From assembly GCA_019058275.1 (NCBI GenBank), contig JAHLVW010000053.1, forward strand, positions 1 to 64,000: a stretch of 64,000 bases of DNA. Direction: 5' to 3'. Shown in pieces: positions 18,982 to 29,340 of this stretch (the stretch's first letter is position 1; each line of letters opens with the position of its first letter). Origin of the DNA: Candidatus Heimdallarchaeota archaeon (lineage in GTDB: Archaea > Asgardarchaeota > Heimdallarchaeia > JABLTI01). The notes under the pieces were generated by a model. That model had not been told where the DNA came from. It searched no databases and saw nothing but the letters and a program-made list of their open reading frames with translations. The position numbers and the translations under genes were made by a program.

Positions 18982-20967
18982 TCATTTCTTTTTATTTTTA
19001 GGAAAGCTGATAACGAAGGTTGTCCCCAATCCTTCTTCGCTTTCAAAACCTATAGAACCATTATGTGCTTCGATTATTTTAATTGCAATCAATAACCCAA
19101 AAGATGAAAAACGTTTCTTAGTCCATATTTTTCTAATTTCCCTTTGTTTCTCAATAGACATCCCTCGACCATTATCAGCTATCTCAATATGATACTTGTT
19201 TGGAAACTCTTTGCCAACAATTTTCACAACAGTTGCATCTGCATGCTTTACAACATTGAACAAGAGATTTTCTAAAACTTGCTTAAATTTGACTTTATCA
19301 ACAAAAAGTGTAGGTAGATTATCAATCTTTATCTTTAAGTTTGGATCTAGAGAATTAATCTCAAGTTTTATTTCCTTAACTAAATCATTAAGATTTACTT
19401 TGGATTTCTCTCCGAGAATTTCACCCTCTTTTGCTAAAAGTAATAAATCTTCAAGGAATTTTGTTATCTCATTAACTTGCTGTTCAATTTTATAACCATA
19501 TTCAGATTCGCACATTGAATTATACATCATAATTACTTGTAATTTTCCTCGAATGTCATGAGCAATTGTTGAAGCAAAGGATTCCAATTCGTCACGTTGT
19601 TTCTTCAATTCTATTTGATGGTGAGTGATTGCTTCTTGAGCTCTTAACTTTTTAGTAATATCTTGAACAATAGCAAGAAAAGCAGTAGGTTTACCATCTG
19701 TATCAACTAAAAGTGAAACATTTAATTCAGCAATATAACTCGAACCATCTTTTCTAAGCATCTTATATTGAACATTCTCAATTTTTCCTTTTTTAAGTGT
19801 CTGCTCCAGATTCTCCATAGCAAGTTTTTGATCTTCTTTTGCAATGAAATCAAAAGCACTCATACCAATCATTTCTTCTACATTATCATAACCTGAAAGT
19901 GTCAGTGATTCTTGATTTACAACTATGACTTTGCCTTCAAGATTCGTTACAAGAATGGCAAATGGATATGCTTCAACTAATTTACGATAACGCTCCTCGT
20001 TTTGTCGTAGCATTTCATTTGTTTTCCTTCGTTCTAAAATAGTAGCGAAGAATCTTACGATGGTTTCAAAGAAAATCCATTTTTCATCTGGTATATCCTT
20101 AATCTTTCTTGATGCTAAATGAACTACTCCCAGAAGTTCATTAGTTGAACTTGTGATTGGCCAAGTAATTATAGATTTAATATTCATCAGTTTAATTCTA
20201 TTCTTGAATTGTTCCAATTCTTTACTCTTAATAGCATCAGGGGCAATTATTGCTACTCGTGATTTGGCTACATGGCTGGACATGTATTGAGATTCATCTA
20301 TCTTATGATCGACAACTAATTTCTGCTCTTTTGGAGATAAACCGTAAATAGCATAGATTTTAAGAATTTCTGTAACAGGATCATATAACCGTATTGTTCC
20401 AAAATCAAAACTTAATGTTGTTATCAAATCTCTTAAAACATCAATACATAAGGTAGTTAGTTTTGTTTTACTAATAGCTGATTCTGCAATTAATTGAAAT
20501 GCCTTTCTTTCTAAATTCAATGTTTCTTCTATAGTTTCAGATAAAGGGGGACCATCATTATCATCTAATTTTTTCCTCAATCCTTTTCTTATAACTGATT
20601 TCTCAATGTAATTTGCTAGGATTTCAAGCTGTTTTGTAACTTCACCTTCTTTTTGAATGTAGTAATCTGCTCCTTGATTCAAAGCTTTGATTAGAACCTC
20701 TTTTTCGACTTTTTTAGTAAAAAAGATAAAAGAAGTATTTTGACCTAATGAACGAATGTCACTAAGCAATTCTAAACCATTCATTTTTGGTAAATCATAT
20801 TCAGAGATAATAATATCAAACTCATTATCTTTTAGCAAATTTTTCGCTGTTGTAACTGATTGAGTAGTAGTAATCGCATATTTAGCGTTTATTTTGCTTA
20901 AATATTCTTTTGTAGTTGCCAAGAATTGCTTCTCAGCATCTACAAGCAGAATTTTTACATTCACCAA
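18982..20967 (-). CDS. Hybrid sensor histidine kinase REC-GAF-PAS-HisKA-HATPase
   Basis: N-terminal receiver, GAF, PAS ('RKDGS'), H-box AHDIR, N-box 'NLLFNVVKH', DNGRG, GLGTTF. Confidence 0.9.
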   Translation of the reverse strand: MVNVKILLVDAEKQFLATTKEYLSKINAKYAITTTQSVTTAKNLLKDNEFDIIISEYDLPKMNGLELLSDIRSLGQNTSFIFFTKKVEKEVLIKALNQGADYYIQKEGEVTKQLEILANYIEKSVIRKGLRKKLDDNDGPPLSETIEETLNLERKAFQLIAESAISKTKLTTLCIDVLRDLITTLSFDFGTIRLYDPVTEILKIYAIYGLSPKEQKLVVDHKIDESQYMSSHVAKSRVAIIAPDAIKSKELEQFKNRIKLMNIKSIITWPITSSTNELLGVVHLASRKIKDIPDEKWIFFETIVRFFATILERRKTNEMLRQNEERYRKLVEAYPFAILVTNLEGKVIVVNQESLTLSGYDNVEEMIGMSAFDFIAKEDQKLAMENLEQTLKKGKIENVQYKMLRKDGSSYIAELNVSLLVDTDGKPTAFLAIVQDITKKLRAQEAITHHQIELKKQRDELESFASTIAHDIRGKLQVIMMYNSMCESEYGYKIEQQVNEITKFLEDLLLLAKEGEILGEKSKVNLNDLVKEIKLEINSLDPNLKIKIDNLPTLFVDKVKFKQVLENLLFNVVKHADATVVKIVGKEFPNKYHIEIADNGRGMSIEKQREIRKIWTKKRFSSFGLLIAIKIIEAHNGSIGFESEEGLGTTFVISFPKNKKK

Positions 20968-21313
20968 AAGATAATCCCTTAATAATTTAGTATTTTATCA
21001 AATAAAAAAATATTTAACTATGCATTTTCCTTTAAAAATATTCATTTAAAATTAAAAAGGTTGGAAATCTGATTTTAGAAAATTGTTCATAAATTATTAT
21101 AGAAATAAAAGATGGTAATTATTGGTTAAACAGCATTGGGGGACTAGTTGTTAAAATACAAATCCTTGTAATAAACCAAAAACACAGGAAAATGTCAAGA
21201 GAAACTAATAAAAGATAATCGAGAATCAAATAAGTGAGAAGATTATGCTACATTTCTTATGGTTTTTTCAAGACTAGCCTTTTTATTTTTATAGCTTTTT
21301 TCTCTTTTGTTGA

Positions 21314-22471
21314 TTGGAGTTATTCATGTTAAAATTTCCCAATTCTTGTTTAGTTTTAGTTCTTGTCCTTTTTAGTAGTATATTAACTCAGCCATTATTA
21401 ACTACAAAATCTGAAGTTGAATATTGGCCTACTGAGGAATGGTTAAAATCTTCTCCTAGAAAACAGGAAATGGATGGTAAGCTTTTGGATGATATGATTG
21501 ATTACATGGAAGGTTTAACAACTCATGTTGATTCTATTGTTGTTATCAAAAATGGGTATATTGTTCAAGAGGGTTATTTTGGTCTTTATGAATCTTCTTG
21601 GAAGCATGCATTATGGTCAGTCACTAAAAGCTTCATATGTTCTCTTATTGGTATAGCACTCAAAGAAGGTTATATCGAAAGTGTTAATGAAAAGGTTCTT
21701 GATTTCTTTCCAGATAGAAATATCTCGAATTTAGATTCAAGAAAAGAAGCTATGGAAATTAGGCATCTATTAGCAATGACAACAGGTATGGCTTATCCTG
21801 GTGATGATGAAATCTGGCCTGGTTGGATGACTAGTGAAGATCAAGTACTATATATTTTAGATTTACCAATGGCAACTGATCCAGGGGCTATTTTCAATTA
21901 TGATACTGGAGGTACACATCTCTTATCAGCTATCATACAAGAAGTAACAGGAAATACAACTTTGGAATTTGCTATTGAATACCTATTCAATCCTTTAGGA
22001 ATAGATGATATTCATTGGGAAAGAGATAGAACAGGAGTATATTATGGTGGGCATGGTTTATTTTTAACTACTCGTGACATAGCAAAACTAGGTTATTTGT
22101 ATTTGAATAATGGAACATGGGATGGAGAACAGATCTTACCTGAAAATTGGGTAGAGGATACAACTAATCTTTATTGGAATCTAGGTAATGATTGGGCTTA
22201 TGGCAAGCTTTGGTGGTTACACCCAAGTTTGGGTATTTATCATGCAGCAGGTCGATATGGGCAACATGTTTATGTTATTCCAGAACACAACATCATTGTT
22301 GCAGTAACAGCATCATTATCTGTTTCAGATCCCGAACCTTATCTATATGTAATCCAACAATATATTTTGCCAGCTGTAGAGAATGTCACACTACCTTTAG
22401 ACTACATTATAGGTATGAGCATTCCGATAATTTGCATTATAATCATTGTTAGATTAAAAAAATCGAAATAA
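21314..22471 (+). CDS. Serine hydrolase (class C beta-lactamase / NylB-like), secreted and C-terminally anchored
   Basis: SVTK motif, LLAMTTG, FNYDT, YGKLWW, AAGRYGQ; signal peptide; C-terminal TM plus basic tail. Confidence 0.88.
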   Translation: MELFMLKFPNSCLVLVLVLFSSILTQPLLTTKSEVEYWPTEEWLKSSPRKQEMDGKLLDDMIDYMEGLTTHVDSIVVIKNGYIVQEGYFGLYESSWKHALWSVTKSFICSLIGIALKEGYIESVNEKVLDFFPDRNISNLDSRKEAMEIRHLLAMTTGMAYPGDDEIWPGWMTSEDQVLYILDLPMATDPGAIFNYDTGGTHLLSAIIQEVTGNTTLEFAIEYLFNPLGIDDIHWERDRTGVYYGGHGLFLTTRDIAKLGYLYLNNGTWDGEQILPENWVEDTTNLYWNLGNDWAYGKLWWLHPSLGIYHAAGRYGQHVYVIPEHNIIVAVTASLSVSDPEPYLYVIQQYILPAVENVTLPLDYIIGMSIPIICIIIIVRLKKSK

Positions 22472-22506
22472 GCTCTTAATCAATTATGCAACCTGCTAAT
22501 TGAAGA

Positions 22507-23760
22507 GTGATAAAAATGAAAGATAGTAAGTTAAACCAACCAAATCCTATGGACTATGCAAAAGTTCTTTTTCAAGTAGGTAAGTTTGAAGAAGTGGAAA
22601 AAGTAGCCAATGATGTTATTCAAAGTGATGCTGAAAACTATCAAGCTTTACTTTTGTTAGGAAAAATATTGTTATTCAAAAATAAAATTGAAGAGTCTAA
22701 AACAAAGCTACTGAAAGCAAAAGAAGTAAAACCAGATGAGAAAGAACTAGATGTTTTACTCAGCGAACTTTATTTTAGGATTGATGATTATCAGAATGCA
22801 TCTAAACATCAAGAAGCTTTAGATAGAAAAGACAATGCAAAAAGACTACTTAGTTTTAAAGATACAATTCCATTCGAAGTGAGAAATGAAAAACATAACT
22901 ACAGAATTAAATTACTTCGAGTTGATCCCCTACCAGTTATAGAAGTGAAGATTAACAATCAATCATCAGTTAATTTCTTGATCGATACTGGAGCAGCAGA
23001 AACAGTAATCGATCTCGATTATGCGAAAGAACTAGGATTAGAAATATTTGGTTCTGATGTAGGAACTTTTGCTGGTGGTAAGCAAGCAGTGACTTATAGT
23101 GGAAAAGTTCAATCATTTACAATTAGTGATTTAACAATTCATAATATGCTTGTCCATTTACTACCTGTTCGACCTGTATCACAGATGTTTGGTGGAATGC
23201 AAATTGATGGAATAATTGGTACAGTTCTCTTTTATCATTTTATTACAACACTAGATTATCCAAATGAGGAAGTAATTTTCCGCAAAAAAACAGATGAAAA
23301 TATGAAGAAATACGAATCAAATATTGAGAAATTGAATCCTATAATTGTTCCTTTTTGGATGGTGGGTGATCATTTTATGGTTGCTTGGGGAAGTGTAAAC
23401 AATAGTGATCCAATTCTTATGTTTCTTGATACAGGTTTAGCAGGTGGTGGATTTATAGGATCAAAAACTACCTTGGATAAAGCAAGTATAGAATTAGATG
23501 AAAGTAAAGCTTTCATTGGTTTAGGTGGAGGAGGTAAAGTAAAAGCTATTCCATTTGTTGTTGATGAACTCAGTTTTGGCGATGCTCAAGAGAAAAATAT
23601 TGGTGGAGTATATACTGCCAACTTTCCTTTAGAAAATATGTTAGGATTCCAAATTGGTGGAATAATATCGCATCAATTCTTTAAACCATATGCACTTACT
23701 TTTGATTTCAAAAACATGAAATTTATTCTGGTAAGAAACAATACGAAAGCTACTCCATAA
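22507..23760 (+). CDS. TPR protein with two retropepsin-like aspartyl protease domains
   Basis: N-terminal TPRs; FLIDTGA...DGIIG and MFLDTGL...GGIIS. Confidence 0.85.
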   Translation: MIKMKDSKLNQPNPMDYAKVLFQVGKFEEVEKVANDVIQSDAENYQALLLLGKILLFKNKIEESKTKLLKAKEVKPDEKELDVLLSELYFRIDDYQNASKHQEALDRKDNAKRLLSFKDTIPFEVRNEKHNYRIKLLRVDPLPVIEVKINNQSSVNFLIDTGAAETVIDLDYAKELGLEIFGSDVGTFAGGKQAVTYSGKVQSFTISDLTIHNMLVHLLPVRPVSQMFGGMQIDGIIGTVLFYHFITTLDYPNEEVIFRKKTDENMKKYESNIEKLNPIIVPFWMVGDHFMVAWGSVNNSDPILMFLDTGLAGGGFIGSKTTLDKASIELDESKAFIGLGGGGKVKAIPFVVDELSFGDAQEKNIGGVYTANFPLENMLGFQIGGIISHQFFKPYALTFDFKNMKFILVRNNTKATP

Positions 23761-24886
23761 AAGAAGCTGCTTCCTTCATTTTATCTATCACTGCTACATC
23801 AAATGGGCATCTATCTATACAGTCACCACATTCAATACATTCAGATGCTTTAACTTCTAATTCATTATAGCTCATCTGTATGATTTTTGTTTTCTGTTTT
23901 TTAGCTAAATCATATATTCGAAACAGAGGACCAATATCAATATCTGCTGGGCATGGCTGGCAGTGATTACAATATACACAAACACCGGTGATATACTCAT
24001 CAAATTCTTTTAGAACAAGAGAATAATCTAGTTCCTCATCAGAAGCATCGTAATAACTCATACAATCATCAAGCTCTTCGATGCTTGCAACTCCAAGCAC
24101 AACTGTTGAAACTCCCATTTGTGATAGAACATAACTCAAACATTTAATCGAAGTTGCATCTTTAGATATCATCTTCTTTGAAAAATCTTTATTTCCTGCT
24201 GGATCATAAGCCCCGATTTTGTATCCACCAATGGAAACTTTACTGTCTGCTTTCAATAATGTTCCACCAGCAAAGGGTTTCATAGCAATAATGCCTACTT
24301 CATTTTGTGCACAGATTGAAAGCATCTCAGAACGATAAGGCATGGCATTGCTAGCCATATTAAGCTGGATCATTATAGCATCGATTTTTCTACTCTCTGC
24401 AGTACGAATAGCAACTTTGGCATTATGTGTGCTTAATGTAATAAAACGAGCTTTTCCTTCTTCCTTCAATCGAAGAGCTAAATCAAGAACACCATCAGGC
24501 TTTATACATTCCTCATATTGTTTTTCATTCATTACGAAATGAACGAAGAGAATATCAACATAATCTGTATTCATTATCTCGAGATAATTGTTAAAAACTT
24601 CTTCACATTTCTTTATGCTTCTGGTTTTCATATATTTTGTACTTTTGTAATAAGACCCAAGATGATGAGTGAGGATTAATTTATCTCTTTTTCCCTCAAT
24701 TGCTTTACTAATCTTCTGGAGGAATTCAGGGACATTAAATATAATATCAAAATAATTGACACCATAATCAATTGCTTTAGTAATAACCCCGATAATAGAA
24801 TCAGGTGATTTCTTATACAACCATTCAGTTCCTACACTAATTTCACTAATATCCAAATCTGTACGTCCTAGCTTCCGATATCTCAT
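23750..24886 (-). CDS. Aldo/keto reductase with C-terminal 4Fe-4S dicluster
   Basis: MRYRKLGRT, GVNYFD, AMKPFAGG, CVYCNHCQPCP, CIECGDCIDRCP. Confidence 0.92.
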   Translation of the reverse strand: MRYRKLGRTDLDISEISVGTEWLYKKSPDSIIGVITKAIDYGVNYFDIIFNVPEFLQKISKAIEGKRDKLILTHHLGSYYKSTKYMKTRSIKKCEEVFNNYLEIMNTDYVDILFVHFVMNEKQYEECIKPDGVLDLALRLKEEGKARFITLSTHNAKVAIRTAESRKIDAIMIQLNMASNAMPYRSEMLSICAQNEVGIIAMKPFAGGTLLKADSKVSIGGYKIGAYDPAGNKDFSKKMISKDATSIKCLSYVLSQMGVSTVVLGVASIEELDDCMSYYDASDEELDYSLVLKEFDEYITGVCVYCNHCQPCPADIDIGPLFRIYDLAKKQKTKIIQMSYNELEVKASECIECGDCIDRCPFDVAVIDKMKEAASFME

Positions 24887-25032
24887 AATTAATCTCTCTT
24901 AAGTGTTAACAATTACACTAGCTACTATTTAATAATAATGCCCAAACTAATTAGGTGGTTTCAACATAAAGAAGAAGAAAAATCAGCTAAAAAACTTACA
25001 TTAAGAAGTTTACTAATTTCTTAATCGTGATA

Positions 25033-25344
25033 CTAAATACTGTCGTTTTTCATCAAATGCTTAATATTTGCTAAAAGGATATTAGCATTTTTTTGTAATG
25101 TGTAGGTAACAGTTGTTTGACATTTCTTTGCTGATTATGGAACTATCTTAACTGCATCAGCTTCCACAAGAACCTGTAAATGACTCTCAATAGTTGATCT
25201 ATGACGATTCATTTTTCGGGTAATTTCACCTGGATTACCTATCCCTTGTTGAATGTAATTCAATAGTTCCAATCTTGTTGCAGAAGCAAAACCTTTCATG
25301 AGCTTTTCTAGTTTTTTGTAATCAGACTTGTCAGCAACACTCGT
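25033..25344 (-). pseudogene. ArsR-family winged-HTH regulator, in-frame TAA (25135-25137) and probable ATG-to-ACG start loss
   Basis: Own translation: SVADKSDYKKLEKLMKGFASATRLELLNYIQQGIGNPGEITRKMNRHRSTIESHLQVLVEADAVKIVP*SAKKCQTTVTYTL; absent from the ORF track. Confidence 0.8.
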
Positions 25345-25443
25345 TGTTAAGCAATAGTAGTTTGTAGATTAAGAATCAAATAATAATCTTACTATTTTAA
25401 TTAATTGAGATTAGATTAAATAAAAAAAAGGAGGAGAAAATAA

Positions 25444-26211
25444 TCACAAGTTTGTTTTTACTCTTTCAACAATCCTTGTTAAAATATCTCCGATCTTATC
25501 TTCAATTTTTATGGCAACCAAATTATCAAAGGGAGTTTCACCCACATTGATTAGAATAGTTTTTGCACCTTTCTTTCTAGCTAATTCAGGTAGATCTGCG
25601 GCAGGGAATACTACTAATGAAGATCCTAAGATTAGATAAACATCAGCTAATTCTGAATGTACTCTGGATTTATAATAATCCTCATCTGGCAAAGGATCTC
25701 CAAAATTAACTACAGAAGAAATAATTCTACCTTCACAATGAGGACAAGTAGGTTGTCCATCTCTAGTGGGATTTGTTCGGTAACCAGCACCCCAATACCG
25801 CTTATCCCATTTATCTTCCTCGTGAGATATTTTCTTATCACAGGATAAGCAAATCATAAGTTTACTATTACCATGTAACTCAGCTATAAGTTCAGGCTTG
25901 ATGCTTGATATCAAATGCAAACCATCAACATTTTGTGAAATAAGGAATTTTAATAATCCTAAATTCTGTAATTCAACAAGAGCCAAATGACCTTTATTTG
26001 GTCTAACTTCATCCCAATCCTTCTTCATTTTAGGAGGAGGTAATCCCTTGTCTCTTCTAGTCCATGCCCCATCAGGACCTCGAAAATCTGGTACACCTGA
26101 TTCTGTACTTATACCTGCTCTGGTAAAGGCTACTAGATGTTTTGAGTTTACAATCCAATCTGCAATTTGGTTTATTTTTTCTTCTAAACTTTGTTCAGTT
26201 CTATTATCCAT
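25444..26211 (-). CDS. Sir2/CobB NAD-dependent deacylase (GAG motif altered to RAG)
   Basis: AFTRAGISTESGVPDFRG, QNVDGLH, ELHG, CxxC/CxxC, GSSL.VFPAA. Confidence 0.9.
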   Translation of the reverse strand: MDNRTEQSLEEKINQIADWIVNSKHLVAFTRAGISTESGVPDFRGPDGAWTRRDKGLPPPKMKKDWDEVRPNKGHLALVELQNLGLLKFLISQNVDGLHLISSIKPELIAELHGNSKLMICLSCDKKISHEEDKWDKRYWGAGYRTNPTRDGQPTCPHCEGRIISSVVNFGDPLPDEDYYKSRVHSELADVYLILGSSLVVFPAADLPELARKKGAKTILINVGETPFDNLVAIKIEDKIGDILTRIVERVKTNL

Positions 26212-26260
26212 AATGTTAAAGTTCGCACTATTTAACTAATTAAATATTACCAAATTCAAT

Positions 26261-27091
26261 TCATTGACTAATTTCAATTAGAATTTCTTTTAGAACTTTA
26301 AATGAAGCTTTGAGATAGATAGTCTGGTATTTAGGATTAGGAATTTCTATTGTTACCGTTTTTGTATAGTTCATTTCACGAAGTTTTGTGAAGAATTTTG
26401 TAAAATTAATAATCCCTGTTCCTAACGGTAGATGTTTATCAGAACTTTCATTATAACCACCGAGATTGTCATGAATGTGAATATGTTTTATCTTTTTTCT
26501 GAAGCTATCTAACATAGAATATATTTTATCATCTGCTGTTTTGTGTTTAGAATTATGAAAGAGAATATTGGCATGACCTATATCAAATACAAAATCAAGA
26601 TCTTTATGTCTTTGAAAAACTGGTTTCAAATCATTTACAGATTCATCTGTATTTTCCAATAATAACTTCATTTGATATTTTTGAGCAGTATTCAACCATT
26701 CAATTATTGCTAAATCTTTACTCTTATCGATTTTCTTTGAAGACAAATCATCTGGATCTTCACTTCGACCAAAAACACCATGAAATACAAAGGTGTTGGT
26801 AATTCCTATTTGACCAATAACAGCAATTTGCTCGGACATGCGGTCAATATAATTTGTCCAGAGATCATTTTCCAAAATTAAACTAGTGTTTAGATGAGGT
26901 AAATGAATTACTGAAAATAAGTCATATGAATCCATAATATCCCTGACAGCAATTAATTGCAGTTTGAGTTCCTCAAGATCAGTCCAAAATTCATTGATAT
27001 AAAATTCTGCAAAATCAAAACCAATTCGTTTTATTGCTACTAAATCAGAGATTTGTAACTTTTCAAGAGAAAAGGAAGCACCAAATTGCAT
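26261..27091 (-). CDS. Sugar phosphate isomerase/epimerase (AP endonuclease 2 TIM barrel)
   Basis: HLP, LLEN, FDIGHA, HIHDN, DKHLPLGTG, TIE. Confidence 0.88.
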   Translation of the reverse strand: MQFGASFSLEKLQISDLVAIKRIGFDFAEFYINEFWTDLEELKLQLIAVRDIMDSYDLFSVIHLPHLNTSLILENDLWTNYIDRMSEQIAVIGQIGITNTFVFHGVFGRSEDPDDLSSKKIDKSKDLAIIEWLNTAQKYQMKLLLENTDESVNDLKPVFQRHKDLDFVFDIGHANILFHNSKHKTADDKIYSMLDSFRKKIKHIHIHDNLGGYNESSDKHLPLGTGIINFTKFFTKLREMNYTKTVTIEIPNPKYQTIYLKASFKVLKEILIEISQ

Positions 27092-27271
27092 TTTCTAAAC
27101 TCCAGGATTGTGAATATTAAAGCTTTAACCTTTAAGTTTCTTTTTAGATATTTTTCTATCAAACCAATTGATTTAAATTTTGAGTAGTAAATTACGCTTA
27201 AGGGGAATACTTTATATTATATTTTTCTTAAGAAATAAAGTGAATTTCAAATAAATATAAAAGGAGAAAAC

Positions 27272-28039
27272 TTGTTGCTTAAACCAAAAATTGGATTTCT
27301 TTTTGATGTAGATGGAACATTAACCACCTTCAAAAGAAATGACTCAGTTGTTGATTTATTAATAATCAATGATCTTGAGTTAATTCGAAAAAAGAAACAT
27401 CCTATCGGTTTAGTTACAGGAAGAGGAGTTGATTGGGTTAGAAATTTCTTTTTTAATCACATAAATGAGACTTTAAGGGAATACATTCTAATTTTCGGTG
27501 AGTACGGGTTAGTTAATTGGTATAAAGGAAAAAAAATTCGAAAGCAAATTAAGAAAGAAATTAAAGAAAATTTATTTTTAGCAAAGGATGAATTTACCAA
27601 AGAAATTTGTGAATATTTAGAATTAGAATCATATGTGAGCTATGTAGCACCTGATAAACGATCACTCTGGATTGAACCAAAGGAACTCATGATCACTTAT
27701 CGTTCTTTACCTTTTTTTGGATTAATCCCAGAAAGATTTTTGAAAATCATTAATCCAATCCTTGAGAAATATTCAGATACATTGAAAGCTTATGTAAGTG
27801 AGCAAGCATTAGACATATTACCTGTAAAAGAAAGTAAGAAAACTGCTGCTGAGAAAGCAATAAGAATTTTAGATCCAAACAAGGAAATTGAATTATGGTA
27901 TGCTTTTGGTGATTCAGAATCAGATGAAGACATGGCTTTAGCTCGAAATGGTAATGTTAAATTCTTCAAAATCGAAACAAGTATGACAAGTGATTTACAT
28001 AGAATAATACAAAAAATATTGGCTGGAGGAACATTCTAA
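27272..28039 (+). CDS. HAD-superfamily (IIB) phosphatase
   Basis: FDVDGTL, VTGR, K, FGDSESD. Confidence 0.88.
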   Translation: MLLKPKIGFLFDVDGTLTTFKRNDSVVDLLIINDLELIRKKKHPIGLVTGRGVDWVRNFFFNHINETLREYILIFGEYGLVNWYKGKKIRKQIKKEIKENLFLAKDEFTKEICEYLELESYVSYVAPDKRSLWIEPKELMITYRSLPFFGLIPERFLKIINPILEKYSDTLKAYVSEQALDILPVKESKKTAAEKAIRILDPNKEIELWYAFGDSESDEDMALARNGNVKFFKIETSMTSDLHRIIQKILAGGTF

Positions 28040-28043
28040 ATAT

Positions 28044-28229
28044 TTATGACAGTAATATTGCGAGTAGTATTCCAGCTAAGATAAATACAGCAATTAAACT
28101 TGCTAAAATATAGGTCTTTATTGATGTACTCTTAAACCTCTCTTTAGCCATCTTATTAGAAGATTCTTTATCTGCCTATGATGGGTTTAATCCACCTTCT
28201 CTTGGATCATATGATATTTTATTCCTCAT
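28044..28229 (-). pseudogene. Small tail-anchored membrane protein with in-frame TAG (28176-28178)
   Basis: Own translation MRNKISYDPREGGLNPS*ADKESSNKMAKERFKSTSIKTYILASLIAVFILAGILLAILLS*. Confidence 0.5.
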
Positions 28230-28300
28230 ATTTACTATAGTGTTTTCTGTATTTATATTATTGAAAATAGCATATATAGAGCATGTAGAAAATGAAAGAA

Positions 28301-29266
28301 TTATAGCATTAGATTTACAATACTGAGTACTATAGCTAATATTGAGATTAGAAAAGAGAGAGATGCTATAAAGAAGCTAATGAATCTTTGTTTTTCAGCT
28401 ATTCGAGCAGCATCAATATTTGCTTTAACCATTTCTCTAATTATTTCTGCTAAATTCATTAAAATATCATCATCAATAGCTCGCATTCGCTGTCGAGTGA
28501 TTGACTTTTTCACATTACGCATACGACGCATTTGCTCATAAATACCCCCTTGATAGATTGCATTGATTAGAGTTTGTTTAAACTCAAGTGGAATCCATCC
28601 ATCACTAAAAACCATAACACTCCTTACACTTAATCGAATGAAGTGTTCTTTGAAGCTAAATAGATTGAACCATTTGCCCCTTTCTGGTAAAGTGTAAGTT
28701 AGTGATGTTGTTGGAATTGAGAATATAGGGTCTATTGAATTTACTTTAGAAGCTAAATATTCTTCCTTAATCATTTTTGCTCCATTCCCGATAATGATTA
28801 AGGGATAGTAAAAGACATCATTTATTTCCCAAGGTTTTTCACCAATTCCTTCAGGATCCTCAGCTGATAGCTTAATTCCTTTCAAATCTTCGAATACAAA
28901 CTTCAAATCTCTTAAAATATCTTCTCTGTGATATCTTAATTTGAAGAATTCTTCAAGACCAATTGTTAATCGAATTATTAATCTTTGGTTGTAAAATCCT
29001 ATTAAAGGAGATCGTCTTATATCGATATAAGATTTATAGTTTGTAATCTCTGCAAGCATGAAAGATTCTTCTACATGGGGCATATCAATTTCTTTTATAT
29101 CCCCTTTTACAAAGAAATCCTTTTTTGGCAAATTCTTCTTGAACGCTTCTATAATTTTACGCCAAAGTTCATTTAGCTGTCTCTGAGAAAGATTAGAAAT
29201 CGGAACACCAAAATCGAATAATGCTAAAATGTACCAAGCTACGTAATCAGTTTCTTTTTCTTTCAT
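28301..29266 (-). CDS. Hypothetical protein with a single C-terminal TM helix
   Basis: 321 aa, soluble body then helical region and terminal hydrophobic stretch. Confidence 0.7.
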   Translation of the reverse strand: MKEKETDYVAWYILALFDFGVPISNLSQRQLNELWRKIIEAFKKNLPKKDFFVKGDIKEIDMPHVEESFMLAEITNYKSYIDIRRSPLIGFYNQRLIIRLTIGLEEFFKLRYHREDILRDLKFVFEDLKGIKLSAEDPEGIGEKPWEINDVFYYPLIIIGNGAKMIKEEYLASKVNSIDPIFSIPTTSLTYTLPERGKWFNLFSFKEHFIRLSVRSVMVFSDGWIPLEFKQTLINAIYQGGIYEQMRRMRNVKKSITRQRMRAIDDDILMNLAEIIREMVKANIDAARIAEKQRFISFFIASLSFLISILAIVLSIVNLML

Positions 29267-29340
29267 TTTAACTCGACACCCATGAACTCATTATTTACAG
29301 TATTTTATATTACTTTGATATTAAAAGAAGTTTCATCAGA

